Virus record (IMG/VR): IMGVR_UViG_3300032278_004243
Location: 1 to 61,053 of that record
Strand: one strand, 5' to 3'
Source of the DNA: a virus
Lineage: Duplodnaviria > Caudoviricetes
Length of the DNA: 61,053 nt
Part shown: positions 17,539 to 26,312 of the stretch, in pieces
Layout: each line of letters opens with the position of its first letter
Numbering within the stretch: position 1 is the first letter of the stretch
Translations under genes and position numbers: made by a program
The notes under the pieces: model-generated
What the model saw: the letters and a program-made list of their open reading frames with translations, nothing else
Databases searched by the model: none
Told to the model about the DNA's origin: nothing

Positions 17539-19023
17539 TTAGCGGTTGACGTTGAGGACGGCGTTCACGGTGTGGACCGCGCCCGCGAGCTTGACGGCCA
17601 CCTGGATCGGCGGCGACTTTCTTGCGGCGCGGTCCGGCGCGCTCTGCGTCGAGATCGGCGGCGCGTAGATGTAGTAGCCGTTCGACAAGGTATCGCCGGT
17701 CTGCAGCTGGCCAAAACCCGCCGCCTGCCACGTCCCCGGTGCGACCAGCCCGTTTGTGATCGCCGCCTCCATCGACTGGTCGATGACGTTGACGATCTGG
17801 TGAATACCCGGATCGGTCTGCGGCACCTTGGGCTGAGAGGCGAGCAGGTTGAAGAGGTTGGTCTGGATTCGGTTCTGCAGCCAGTCGAGCCCGAAGATCT
17901 CGTCGATGTAGGCCAGACCGAAGCAGCAGCCGTTCACCAGCACCGAAGCGCCGTTCTGGAAATTGGCGAAGTAGTTGTAGCGCTTGGTGTCGAGCACGCT
18001 CGCTGCGTTCTGCGACAGCGGCTCGTAAGGCACGCCCGGCTCAACCTTCCACGCCACAGTGGGCATCGTGTTCGAGCCATTGAACTGCGTCGTCAGGATC
18101 GAGCCGAAGATCGAAATCACCGCGTAGGCATTCGTGGTCGAATACTGCCCGAAGGTCCGCTTGTAGCCAGCCGCGATCAGCTGCGAACCGATATCGGTGT
18201 TCGATGCGCTGTTGACCGCGTTGGCGTCGGCGGTGGTCAGGCCGAAGATGTGAGTGGTTGCCTCAATGAAGGCAGCGATCGCGAGGTAGTCGGAGTTGCT
18301 CGGCATCGTCGATGCGGCAAATGTGAGGCCATACCAGTACGTCGGGTTCGCATCGAGCGCGGTAACCGCCGCCAGCGCGCTTTCTGCTGCAATGCCGGCG
18401 ACCGCATAGGCTCCCGCGGCAGCTGTGCCGCCAAGCAAGCCGGAGATATCGGTGCCACTTGCCGGCGCCTGAAGCAGCGAGACCGCCGAGGTGGTGCCGG
18501 TGGTGGTCGATACGATCTGGAACTGGCTGCCGGTCCAGACGCAGGTTGCAGCGAGCGATGCACCGGTGAGAGCGGTGGTGATCAGCGAGGCAACCTGAGA
18601 CAGGCTCGTGGCGCTGGAGAGGTTGATGCCGGTTACGCTGGTCAGCGAGCCGCCATTGACCTGCACCTTGAAGCCACCGGAGGTCACCGCGGTGAAATTG
18701 GCCAATGCCTGCTGCGCCGCGGTCAGCGGAGCACCGTAGACCGCACCAGACGTCGCCGTGCGGGCCCAGCGGCCGATGTAGAGCTGGGTCGGCTGCGGGC
18801 TCTGGCCGAAGAACAGCTGAGCCGCGGCATATTCAGGCGCGCTGGTGCCGAAGTCGGCAGCGACGCCGGCGAGGCTGTTGTAGCTCCGGATCCGGGTCTG
18901 CGTGTCGATGACGGCGGAGTCGCCGAGCAGTAGGAGGGTCTCGATGTTCGCGTACTGCGCGCCCGCAGGCGTCAGGTTCACACTTGCGGTGATCAGCCGC
19001 GAGACGGGAAGTCCAGTGGTCAT
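17539..19023 (-). CDS. Tail sheath protein (DUF3383)
   Basis: V..DFG..APEY.AA..FF.QSP.P..LYIGRW; K.PQTD.G; KLAGAVH. Confidence 0.9.
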   Translation of the reverse strand: MTTGLPVSRLITASVNLTPAGAQYANIETLLLLGDSAVIDTQTRIRSYNSLAGVAADFGTSAPEYAAAQLFFGQSPQPTQLYIGRWARTATSGAVYGAPLTAAQQALANFTAVTSGGFKVQVNGGSLTSVTGINLSSATSLSQVASLITTALTGASLAATCVWTGSQFQIVSTTTGTTSAVSLLQAPASGTDISGLLGGTAAAGAYAVAGIAAESALAAVTALDANPTYWYGLTFAASTMPSNSDYLAIAAFIEATTHIFGLTTADANAVNSASNTDIGSQLIAAGYKRTFGQYSTTNAYAVISIFGSILTTQFNGSNTMPTVAWKVEPGVPYEPLSQNAASVLDTKRYNYFANFQNGASVLVNGCCFGLAYIDEIFGLDWLQNRIQTNLFNLLASQPKVPQTDPGIHQIVNVIDQSMEAAITNGLVAPGTWQAAGFGQLQTGDTLSNGYYIYAPPISTQSAPDRAARKSPPIQVAVKLAGAVHTVNAVLNVNR

Positions 19024-19041
19024 GTGTCAGCCTCCGGGAGG

Positions 19042-19629
19042 TCAGTGGGGCGGATTGTCGGTGTTCAGCGGAAGCTGAGTGCCGGTGGTGTTCTTGATGC
19101 TGCCGACCGCGCTCGCGACGGGCAGGATCGCGAAGGTGTCTGCAGTCTGGCGCTTGAAAGTGAAGGTGACGTCGATGCGGTTGGTCCACCGACTGTTGAT
19201 CATTTCCGGGGCCCGGACCGGCCTGCCGGCGTCCTGAAGGACGATCCCGGCTGCGGTGAGCGCGTCTCGGTTCTGGCCGATCTGAAGGCCGTTGCGCGCC
19301 GCACGCGCCGCCTGCTGGGCCTTGGCGCCGTAGAAGCTTGCCATGACCTGCAGGACTTCGTGCTGGACCAGCTTGTAGGTGTCGTCGGCCTGCAGGGCCT
19401 GATACGGAAAATCGTCGTCATCGATCGCCAGCACGCCGACTGCGGCCCAGGTGCCATCAAATTGCGGCGGTGCACCCGGCTCTGCATTGAACCGGCGCAC
19501 GACATTGCGAGGAACAAGCCCGGTGACTGCCGAGATGACGCCCCGGAATAGATCGTCCAGCGCCTCGTCGTTGATCGGCGCGGTGCCGGTTGGCAGCAGA
19601 TAGCCACCCGTGCTGCTGTCATTGCTCAT
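19042..19629 (-). CDS. Neck / tail terminator protein
   Basis: MSNDSSTGGYL.P; SFYG..A; GLQI.QNR; start at 19629. Confidence 0.75.
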   Translation of the reverse strand: MSNDSSTGGYLLPTGTAPINDEALDDLFRGVISAVTGLVPRNVVRRFNAEPGAPPQFDGTWAAVGVLAIDDDDFPYQALQADDTYKLVQHEVLQVMASFYGAKAQQAARAARNGLQIGQNRDALTAAGIVLQDAGRPVRAPEMINSRWTNRIDVTFTFKRQTADTFAILPVASAVGSIKNTTGTQLPLNTDNPPH

Positions 19630-20087
19630 TGCGCGACCTGCCCGCGGCTGACCTTGCGCGCCAGTGCTTCGACGAAACCAGCGCCGTAGGTTGTCCAGTC
19701 CTGCACGAGAAACACCTGATAGACATCGCCCTGAAAGACGACCGTGTCGGACTTGAACCGCTCCAGATCGGTCGGCTCTATCGTGTTGCCGTAAGTGTCT
19801 GTCGCCACTGGTCCGAAAGGAAGTGGCCCTGTGTCGCTGGTGAACTCGCCCTCCCGGTAGAAGCGGAAGGCGGTGTAGATCGTGATCAGATCCTCGACTG
19901 TGGTCAGGTTGGCCTGGCGAAGCATTTCCGGATTTGCGCCAGACTGGATCGATCCTAGCGGGGCGGGGCTGATCAGCGTCGGAACAATGATCTCCACGCC
20001 GTTCGTGTCGTAGGTGATCTGACGCCGCCAGACGGTCATGGGCTGGAAGAAATCGTCGTCGCCAACCAGCTCGTCCATGTCGATCAT
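19626..20087 (-). CDS. Head-tail adaptor / closure protein
   Basis: D.DF...V.R; W..YGAGFV.A; synteny. Confidence 0.7.
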   Translation of the reverse strand: MIDMDELVGDDDFFQPMTVWRRQITYDTNGVEIIVPTLISPAPLGSIQSGANPEMLRQANLTTVEDLITIYTAFRFYREGEFTSDTGPLPFGPVATDTYGNTIEPTDLERFKSDTVVFQGDVYQVFLVQDWTTYGAGFVEALARKVSRGQVAQ

Positions 20088-20605
20088 GAGCGGGTGGCCT
20101 TGTCCTGACCGGCTTTGCGGATGACGAAGTCGATGTTGCGGCGATACTGGCCTGTGTCGAGCAGTGGCGTCTCGCCATCGCGGCCGCGGCGTTTGCGCTG
20201 CTTGATGGTGCGGTCCGCCAAGGGCGGGTCGATACCGTCGGTGATGAGGCCCTTGACCGCCGATGTGACTGCGAAGCCCACCTTGCCGTGCGCGGCGCGG
20301 ATCGCTCCGACATCGCCGTCGAGGGCCTTGGGGGCAGCCTCGCGGTAGATCTTCTCGACCTTCGGCAGCGCGCTCTGCGTCCCGGGAACCAGATGCGGGC
20401 GCGCCGGGATGTTGGCATCAGGCGCGCCGAATTCGTTCAGGTAGCCGATCTCGGCATTGTTCAGGTGCGGCGTCGGATCTTCGTCGTCGGGGTCACGGAA
20501 CGCGTGCTCCGATGCGATCCCGACCAGCACGCGATCCTGGACCAGCGCCTTGAGTGCAGCTTTGACGGCGGCGGTGCGATCCTTGGTGACCGCGACATTT
20601 TTCAC
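20084..20605 (-). CDS. Neck protein
   Basis: VLVGI; NA.IGY.NEFGAP..NIPARP; PLLDTGQ. Confidence 0.75.
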   Translation of the reverse strand: MKNVAVTKDRTAAVKAALKALVQDRVLVGIASEHAFRDPDDEDPTPHLNNAEIGYLNEFGAPDANIPARPHLVPGTQSALPKVEKIYREAAPKALDGDVGAIRAAHGKVGFAVTSAVKGLITDGIDPPLADRTIKQRKRRGRDGETPLLDTGQYRRNIDFVIRKAGQDKATRS

Positions 20606-20991
20606 AGCTGCAGGCCGCCGGCACCGACCATCTGGGCCAGTTGCCAGAACTGGACGCCGTAGGTCGTCGAATTCCAGTCGCCGGCACCTTCGATCGTGAC
20701 CGCCGATGCGTCCTGGCTCTTCGAAAGCTTGTCGATCGATTTCGCCGTGGTTGGCCCTTCGATCGCTCCGACGGCGCTTCCTTTCGCGGCAGCTTTGGCG
20801 TTGCGGCGCTGCACCGCCATGTTGTGGGCCACGAACAGCATCGATCCGTGATCGAGCAGCTCGGCCCAGCGATCAGCGGGCAGACGCAGGACCGCGATGC
20901 CCTTCCAAAAATCGAAACTGGCCTCAGGATAGGCCGCAGTGTCCGAGAACTCCGGGAAAGCAGCGGTGAAGTCGCTGTATGTGAAGTTCAT
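20602..20991 (-). CDS. Head-tail connector (DUF4054)
   Basis: F...FPEF.D...YP; LFVAH; WN.T.YG..F. Confidence 0.85.
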   Translation of the reverse strand: MNFTYSDFTAAFPEFSDTAAYPEASFDFWKGIAVLRLPADRWAELLDHGSMLFVAHNMAVQRRNAKAAAKGSAVGAIEGPTTAKSIDKLSKSQDASAVTIEGAGDWNSTTYGVQFWQLAQMVGAGGLQL

Positions 20992-21005
20992 CGGGCCAAG
21001 TCCTG

Positions 21006-21041
21006 AAAAACAACGGGGGCGCCGCGCTGGACGCCCCCGCC
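21006..21041 (-). terminator. Rho-independent terminator after the capsid gene
   Basis: Minus strand GCGGGGGCGTC-loop-GGCGCCCCCGT-TGTTTTT. Confidence 0.75.
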
Positions 21042-21063
21042 TTCTTGTCGGTGACCGGCTCTA

Positions 21064-22191
21064 TCAGCCGATGCCGTCGCGCCAGCCGATCGTCTCCGGA
21101 TAGACGGTCTCCACGCGGCCGAGACGGCCGTAGTAGGGGACATCGATCCAGATCCCGCGGTACTGGGGCTGCATCGACTGCAGCGGCACCATCGGATAGC
21201 GGACGTAGGGTTCGTAGCGGGTGTAGGCCACCATGCGATCATAGGTTGCCGCAGCGCCGCCCGGACCGTTGAGGTTGGCCTTGTCGAGCCACTTCACCGG
21301 GTAGATTTCCAGATCGATGTTCTTCTGGGCGGTGAAGACGTTGTTCTGCTTCACGTAATCCAGAATGCTGACGTTGCCCGCCTCCGAGACCTTGGTGGTC
21401 GCGATGTAGCCGAAGGGGTTGGGCGCGATGAGGACGTTCTTCGGCGGAGCCTTGTAGCCCGTCGCGGCCCACACCGACACGAGCAGCTCGTTGAAGTCGG
21501 CCGTGATCTCATCGGGCGTCTTCGTGATCCACGGCAACGACGTGGCGGCGCCGGCAGCGACGTTGCCGGTGTTGCCCACCAGCGCAGCGTTGATGAGACC
21601 GGTCGCGCTGATGGAGGGATCACCGACATAGACCATCTGGTCGACGTCCATCTGATGCTTGAGGTTGAGGCCTGCAAGCATCTGGCTGTCGATCGGCCGA
21701 CCGAGCTGCTGCGCGCTCAGCAGTTCGGTGATGGTGTAGCTCACCGTCTCAGTCCAGAGGGTGAGGGGGTTCACCTTCTTGTCGATGTCGACGTTGATGC
21801 GCGGCAGGGTCGTGGATTCCTTGCCGGCCCAGCTGATGCCGCTCGACGACGGTCCGCCCGTCGAGGCGAACGTCGACGTGGTGTAGGACGAACTTTCGTC
21901 GCCCATGGTCACGTCGGTGCGCAGGTCGATGTCGCGATCCCAGGTCATGTCGACCAGGGGCTCGTGGATCATCGGGTCGAGGCGCTCGAGCTCCCCGACA
22001 AGGAACGCGCCGGCGCTGTCGATGGTCGCCTGATCGAAAGTCTGGAAGGCATCGCGCAGGTAGCGGTTGGCCTTGCGGTTATCGCCCCACGCAAGCGAGG
22101 TGGCGATAGCAAGGGAGCATGCCGATGCGGCGAGCGCAATCGACGGCACGATAATGGCGGGACCGCTCCCCCGCAGGTGGTGGGTATTCAT
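21064..22191 (-). CDS. Major capsid protein (DUF2184 family)
   Basis: TFD..TIDSAGAFLVGELERLD; RMVAY; YYG.LG.VE.VYPET; AGGAG SD before ATG 22191. Confidence 0.88.
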   Translation of the reverse strand: MNTHHLRGSGPAIIVPSIALAASACSLAIATSLAWGDNRKANRYLRDAFQTFDQATIDSAGAFLVGELERLDPMIHEPLVDMTWDRDIDLRTDVTMGDESSSYTTSTFASTGGPSSSGISWAGKESTTLPRINVDIDKKVNPLTLWTETVSYTITELLSAQQLGRPIDSQMLAGLNLKHQMDVDQMVYVGDPSISATGLINAALVGNTGNVAAGAATSLPWITKTPDEITADFNELLVSVWAATGYKAPPKNVLIAPNPFGYIATTKVSEAGNVSILDYVKQNNVFTAQKNIDLEIYPVKWLDKANLNGPGGAAATYDRMVAYTRYEPYVRYPMVPLQSMQPQYRGIWIDVPYYGRLGRVETVYPETIGWRDGIG

Positions 22192-22249
22192 GACTGCAGT
22201 CTCCTCAGGAGAACGGCCCGGCCATTTCGGCCGGTGCCAGATGGGTGGA

Positions 22250-22750
22250 TCAGTACGGGATGCCGATTGCGAGCTCGACGTTGCCAGCCGCGTCGGCAGG
22301 CCCCGTGAAGGTGAGCAGAGCGGGGGCAACCTGTCCGGAGCTGGTCGTGTTGTCCTCGATGCCGCCGATCGCGAGACCGCCATTGACGGTGGTGCGGACG
22401 TAGGCCTGCGCACCGCGCGCGGCCGTGCCGTTCGCGAGCGTAACGCCGAGGAATCCGACCTTCATGATGTCGATCAGGCCGGAGGTGGGCGGAGTGCCGC
22501 CGCCAAGCGTCGACGTGGCACCCGAAGCGTCCTGCGTGGGATAGGGACGAACCGTATACCCGTAGATGACGCCGGCCGCGTCGCCGCTTGCAAGCGTGCG
22601 GACCTTGCCGTTGACCAGCTTCACGGGCTGACCATAGGCGGTAGGCGGGTTGTTGGTGTCGATGATCTCCTGCGAGATCACCTGGCCGGGGAAGGAGCGG
22701 CTGACGGCGCCCGGAATGGCAACGTTCATCCGCGTGGTAATTGCCGTCAT
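22250..22750 (-). CDS. Capsid cement/decoration protein
   Basis: RM...IPG.VSR; G..VRPYP; FTGPADA.GNVE; immediately upstream of the capsid gene. Confidence 0.75.
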   Translation of the reverse strand: MTAITTRMNVAIPGAVSRSFPGQVISQEIIDTNNPPTAYGQPVKLVNGKVRTLASGDAAGVIYGYTVRPYPTQDASGATSTLGGGTPPTSGLIDIMKVGFLGVTLANGTAARGAQAYVRTTVNGGLAIGGIEDNTTSSGQVAPALLTFTGPADAAGNVELAIGIPY

Positions 22751-22789
22751 GTCGGCTTCCTTTCGTTCGGAGGGGGGTGGGCGGTGCGA

Positions 22790-24094
22790 TCAGCGACCCG
22801 ACGCCTTGGCGCGGCGGGCTGCGATCTTCTCCTGCATGAGGGCCGCGGTCATCGGCCCCTGCGGGATGGCGGTGACGCGCGGACGCGTGTTGTGCGCCTT
22901 TGCGACGGCGGCCGCGGCATCGAAAAGCACGCGGACCTGCGCGGGCTTGGAGGCAGCCAGATCGACCCCGGCGAGGATCGCCTCGACGGGTGCCTTGCGC
23001 GCGCTGTCGTTCAGCGCACGAGTGAGGACGTCGCGACGCATGTCCGTGAGAGCGCGGCGCTTGGGTTCGCCGTCCATCGTGCCGGACTTGTAGCCGGGGA
23101 AGATGATCTCGGCCTTGGCGGCCGCGTCCATCACTTCCTTGCTGTCGGCCGGCTCGTCTTCCTCGGCGTCCTCATCGGTGACTTGGACGGTCGGTTCGGT
23201 CGTGCTGGCGGTCTGCGCGGCAGCCATCTCGTCGAACTTGGCGCTCATGCCGGCCATCGCATCCTCGAGAGCCTTGAAGCGGGCCTCGTAGGGGTCTTCG
23301 TCGGTGTCGACGGTCGCGGCGGCAGGAGTAACCGGGTCCGCAGGCGCGTTGTGGATGTGGACGTGAACGCCGCCCTCATCGCCGTCCGGTTCTTCGCCCA
23401 GACCTTCAGGGGCGTCTGCAAGGGCGCTCTCGAAGGCGGTTTCATCATTGTCCCGAAAGGCGGCCCGAAGGCGGTCCATCAGGGACATCTTGCGACGCTT
23501 CGCCATATCAGTCTCCGTATCTTGGATGGCACATGTGGAGCCACCCCGACCGCGGTCGACGATGGCAAGGTGGTTGCCGAGGATGGCGGTCTGCCGTCCG
23601 AGGCCGGGTTTCACTTCTTCGAGTTCGGCGTCGTAGCCGGGGCTGACCTCGCGCTTTTTCTTGGCGACGATCAGCTTGATGGTGTCCGCATCGGTGATGA
23701 GCAGGTCAGCCATCAGGTATTCGGTGTCGACGCCCTCGCCGCGACGCGGGTTGAGCAGCACACCGACCTGGTATTTGCGGGTGTCGGTCTCGCTCAGCAG
23801 GGCCGGCGGGTGATCGTTGGTGACCGGCTTGCCGCTGAAGCTTGCGATGGTTTCAGGCGCGAACAGGACGTCGGCATCGCGCATGATGACGACCATCTGG
23901 CCGTTGGCGGCCGGGCGAACCTCGGGCACCTCGTCGGGCCGATAGAGCATCGCGCCGGTGCGGGCGATGCGCACGTCGGAGCAAAGCAGGTAGCCCTCAG
24001 GCGTGATGGCCTGAGTACGCCCGATCTGCTCCGGCGCGAATGTTGCCTGGGGGCCACGGTCCAGCACCATGGCCCGGTCATGCTGGACCGCCAT
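22790..24094 (-). CDS. DUF2213 prohead protease/scaffold protein
   Basis: TPEGYLLC..V.IARTG...Y; GKPVT.DHP; EVS.GYDA; GNHLAIV.RGR.G; acidic scaffold-like tail. Confidence 0.85.
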   Translation of the reverse strand: MAVQHDRAMVLDRGPQATFAPEQIGRTQAITPEGYLLCSDVRIARTGAMLYRPDEVPEVRPAANGQMVVIMRDADVLFAPETIASFSGKPVTNDHPPALLSETDTRKYQVGVLLNPRRGEGVDTEYLMADLLITDADTIKLIVAKKKREVSPGYDAELEEVKPGLGRQTAILGNHLAIVDRGRGGSTCAIQDTETDMAKRRKMSLMDRLRAAFRDNDETAFESALADAPEGLGEEPDGDEGGVHVHIHNAPADPVTPAAATVDTDEDPYEARFKALEDAMAGMSAKFDEMAAAQTASTTEPTVQVTDEDAEEDEPADSKEVMDAAAKAEIIFPGYKSGTMDGEPKRRALTDMRRDVLTRALNDSARKAPVEAILAGVDLAASKPAQVRVLFDAAAAVAKAHNTRPRVTAIPQGPMTAALMQEKIAARRAKASGR

Positions 24095-24096
24095 GG

Positions 24097-24681
24097 TCAG
24101 GCGCTGGGAACGCCGAGCTGCGCCGACGTAATCGCGGTCGCGCTCTTGCAGAAGAACGTCGCGCGCTTGGCATTGGTCAGCGTGACCGCCGCGCCCGCCG
24201 AGCCGCCGTCGATCGCGACGTTCGCAGCCGCCGGGAACACCTTAATCGGGTTGGCGCCATCATTGAACACGGTGACCGACTGGCCCGGGACCAGCGCAGG
24301 CAGCGATACCGCGTCGCCCGAATTCGCCGAGGTGGCGACAAAGTTGAGCTTCGTGGTCAGGGCGGTCGCACCGGCAAGGGTCTGCGTGGTGCTGGCCGTG
24401 ATGCCGGTGGTGACGCTTTGCGCATCGCCGACCGGCGAGAACCGCGGCGTCCAGACGGGCGAAGCCTGCGTGCCGGTGTTCTGGTAGACCACGCCTGCAG
24501 TGCTATCGAGCAGCAGATGGCCGGGCAGGGCGGTACCAGCGCCAGTACCGTTCGTGCCATTGGTCGGCGCGCCAGCTTTGGTCAGGGTGACCGTCGCGGA
24601 CAGGCCATTGAGAAGAAATGCGGTAGCGTCGAGCAGGGCGCGACGGATCGCACCCTTCCGCTTGTAGGCGGGAAGAGCCAT
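24097..24681 (-). CDS. Putative minor virion protein (head fibre/decoration)
   Basis: Gly/Ala/Thr-rich beta-type sequence in the head module. Confidence 0.55.
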   Translation of the reverse strand: MALPAYKRKGAIRRALLDATAFLLNGLSATVTLTKAGAPTNGTNGTGAGTALPGHLLLDSTAGVVYQNTGTQASPVWTPRFSPVGDAQSVTTGITASTTQTLAGATALTTKLNFVATSANSGDAVSLPALVPGQSVTVFNDGANPIKVFPAAANVAIDGGSAGAAVTLTNAKRATFFCKSATAITSAQLGVPSA

Positions 24682-24698
24682 GGGTATCGTCCTTTGCT

Positions 24699-24923
24699 AT
24701 GAGGCATGCACCGGATGACATCGTCGATCAGCTGCGGGCTATTGCCGCACTGGACGGTGTCGAGCTTCCCGACCTTGCGGCCGAGGATCTCGTGGAGTTC
24801 GATGCCGCCGAGTACATCGAATACCTGTGGGGCTATCTGACCCGCATCAGGGACGGGGACGGCGACCCGGTTGAACTGGCGCGCGAGGCGCTGGATTTCA
24901 GGAAATGGATTCTCGAGGCTTAG
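24699..24923 (+). CDS. Small acidic hypothetical protein (moron)
   Basis: Antisense to the head operon, fills the gap between two minus-strand genes, protein-like composition. Confidence 0.55.
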   Translation: MRHAPDDIVDQLRAIAALDGVELPDLAAEDLVEFDAAEYIEYLWGYLTRIRDGDGDPVELAREALDFRKWILEA

Positions 24924-25147
24924 GCCTGCGCACCCTTGCCGGCGAACACGCGCGGCTTTGGGGCGGCACCCCCGTTCTTGATCAGCTCGATGTCGGCTTC
25001 GATGGCCTCGGCTTCAGCATTGTCAGCGTCGGCGAGAGCCTGAGCTTCTTCGGCCTGGGCGAGCAGCTGCTCCGACGTCTCGATATGACCGCGCGCGCTT
25101 TCGCGCTTAGCTGCGGCGGCTTCGGTGAGGATCTTGATCGACGACAT
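24920..25147 (-). CDS. Hypothetical Ala/Glu-rich helical protein
   Basis: AGGAAAGGA SD; coiled-coil character. Confidence 0.6.
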   Translation of the reverse strand: MSSIKILTEAAAAKRESARGHIETSEQLLAQAEEAQALADADNAEAEAIEADIELIKNGGAAPKPRVFAGKGAQA

Positions 25148-25168
25148 GATGCTTCCTTTCCTTGCCGC

Positions 25169-25576
25169 TTACACGGCGACGACATGGCCGAGCGTGGCGG
25201 CCACCCCGGGGTGCAGCGGTGATGGTGCCTGATCTGGCAGTGCCCAGACGGCACGGGTGTGTTCCCCGTTGAGGCGGGGTTCGAATGGTTCGGCGAGGTC
25301 TGCCCGGTACGTCGAGAATCCCGACCGGGTGTCGATGAGTCGCAGCGGCCAATCAGCAGCGACGCCCGCTTCCTCGCCAATTTCGCGCCGGGCGGCTTCG
25401 ACCGGGCTTTCGCCATCCTCGATCTTGCCGCCGGGGAAGCACCACGTTCCGCGATGATCCCCTGCGCGCTCGCTGCGCTTCAGGAACAGCATCCGGCCAT
25501 CGCGGGCGACACACATGATTCCGGCCGCGCGCACCACTTCGGCGCCGCTGTCTCGGAGGTAGACATGGACGTGCAT
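25169..25576 (-). CDS. NUDIX hydrolase
   Basis: Complete Nudix box GGKIEDGESPVEAARREIGEEAG; PLHPG C-terminus; start MHVHVY at 25576. Confidence 0.85.
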   Translation of the reverse strand: MHVHVYLRDSGAEVVRAAGIMCVARDGRMLFLKRSERAGDHRGTWCFPGGKIEDGESPVEAARREIGEEAGVAADWPLRLIDTRSGFSTYRADLAEPFEPRLNGEHTRAVWALPDQAPSPLHPGVAATLGHVVAV

Positions 25577-25583
25577 CGTCGCC

Positions 25584-26312
25584 TCAGAACACGGGTTCGG
25601 GGTAGCAGCGGCAATTCCAGATCGCGCCCGGAAGCGCGTGGTGGCCGGGATCGCACTCCGGCGGCTCGTCCCAGCGGAAGGTCTTACCTTCGAGCGCCTT
25701 GTGGGTCTTCCGCACATCACTGTCGCGCGAGGTGCGCCAGATGAAGTGGGTCGAGCCGATATCCTCGGCCCGGGCCCGCGTGAACTCGGTCGAAGTGCGG
25801 GCCACCTCGGTCCGGGCGATCAGGTTGGCGCGGCTCTTCACCACCTCACCCGATCGCATGATATCGGCCGCGATATCCTTGGCTCGCGTGCCTTGGGTCA
25901 GGCCCTCAAGCGTGAGCTTGTGCACCCGTTCGGCGGCATCGCGGGGCAGGCTGGTGATCAGCCTGACCTGATCGGCGAGACGCTGCTGTGTCAGCTGGCC
26001 GACGTCGCTCGAACTGAGCTGCACTTGCATGATGCGGGACATTTCCGCCGACACTTCGCGCCAGGCACGCCGATCCCGAGAATCGATCTCCTCGACCATC
26101 CGTCGCCCGACGACACGGGCCCAAGGCTCGATGATCTGGGCATAGCGCTCCAGCGCCTGCCCGATCCGATCGGCAACAGCCGGGTCATCCGGCGTCCAGA
26201 CCGTGGCAACAAGCTCGCCGATGTGCGTCGCGATTTTACGTAACTGGCTCGCGTACTGCCGCTCCACCTTCATCGTCCGGACCAGCCGGCCCGATGTCCG
26301 GGCGCGGTCCAT
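25584..26312 (-). CDS. Minor head protein (SPP1 gp7 / Mu gpF family)
   Basis: RANLIARTE; W.TS.D..VR..H..LEG..F.W; PG.IWNCRC. Confidence 0.88.
   Translation of the reverse strand: MDRARTSGRLVRTMKVERQYASQLRKIATHIGELVATVWTPDDPAVADRIGQALERYAQIIEPWARVVGRRMVEEIDSRDRRAWREVSAEMSRIMQVQLSSSDVGQLTQQRLADQVRLITSLPRDAAERVHKLTLEGLTQGTRAKDIAADIMRSGEVVKSRANLIARTEVARTSTEFTRARAEDIGSTHFIWRTSRDSDVRKTHKALEGKTFRWDEPPECDPGHHALPGAIWNCRCYPEPVF

Noticed and set aside
22060-22191. Signal peptide or lipoprotein at the capsid N-terminus
   Set aside because: The hydrophobic leader precedes the conserved TFD..TID start and is better explained as a cleaved propeptide; cannot be resolved from sequence alone
22067-24487. 806-aa plus-strand ORF (also 14195-15859, 17572-18933, 47844-49445, 49658-51043, 46564-47859)
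   Set aside because: Antisense shadows of well-supported genes; long stop-free reverse frames are expected at high GC; no motifs
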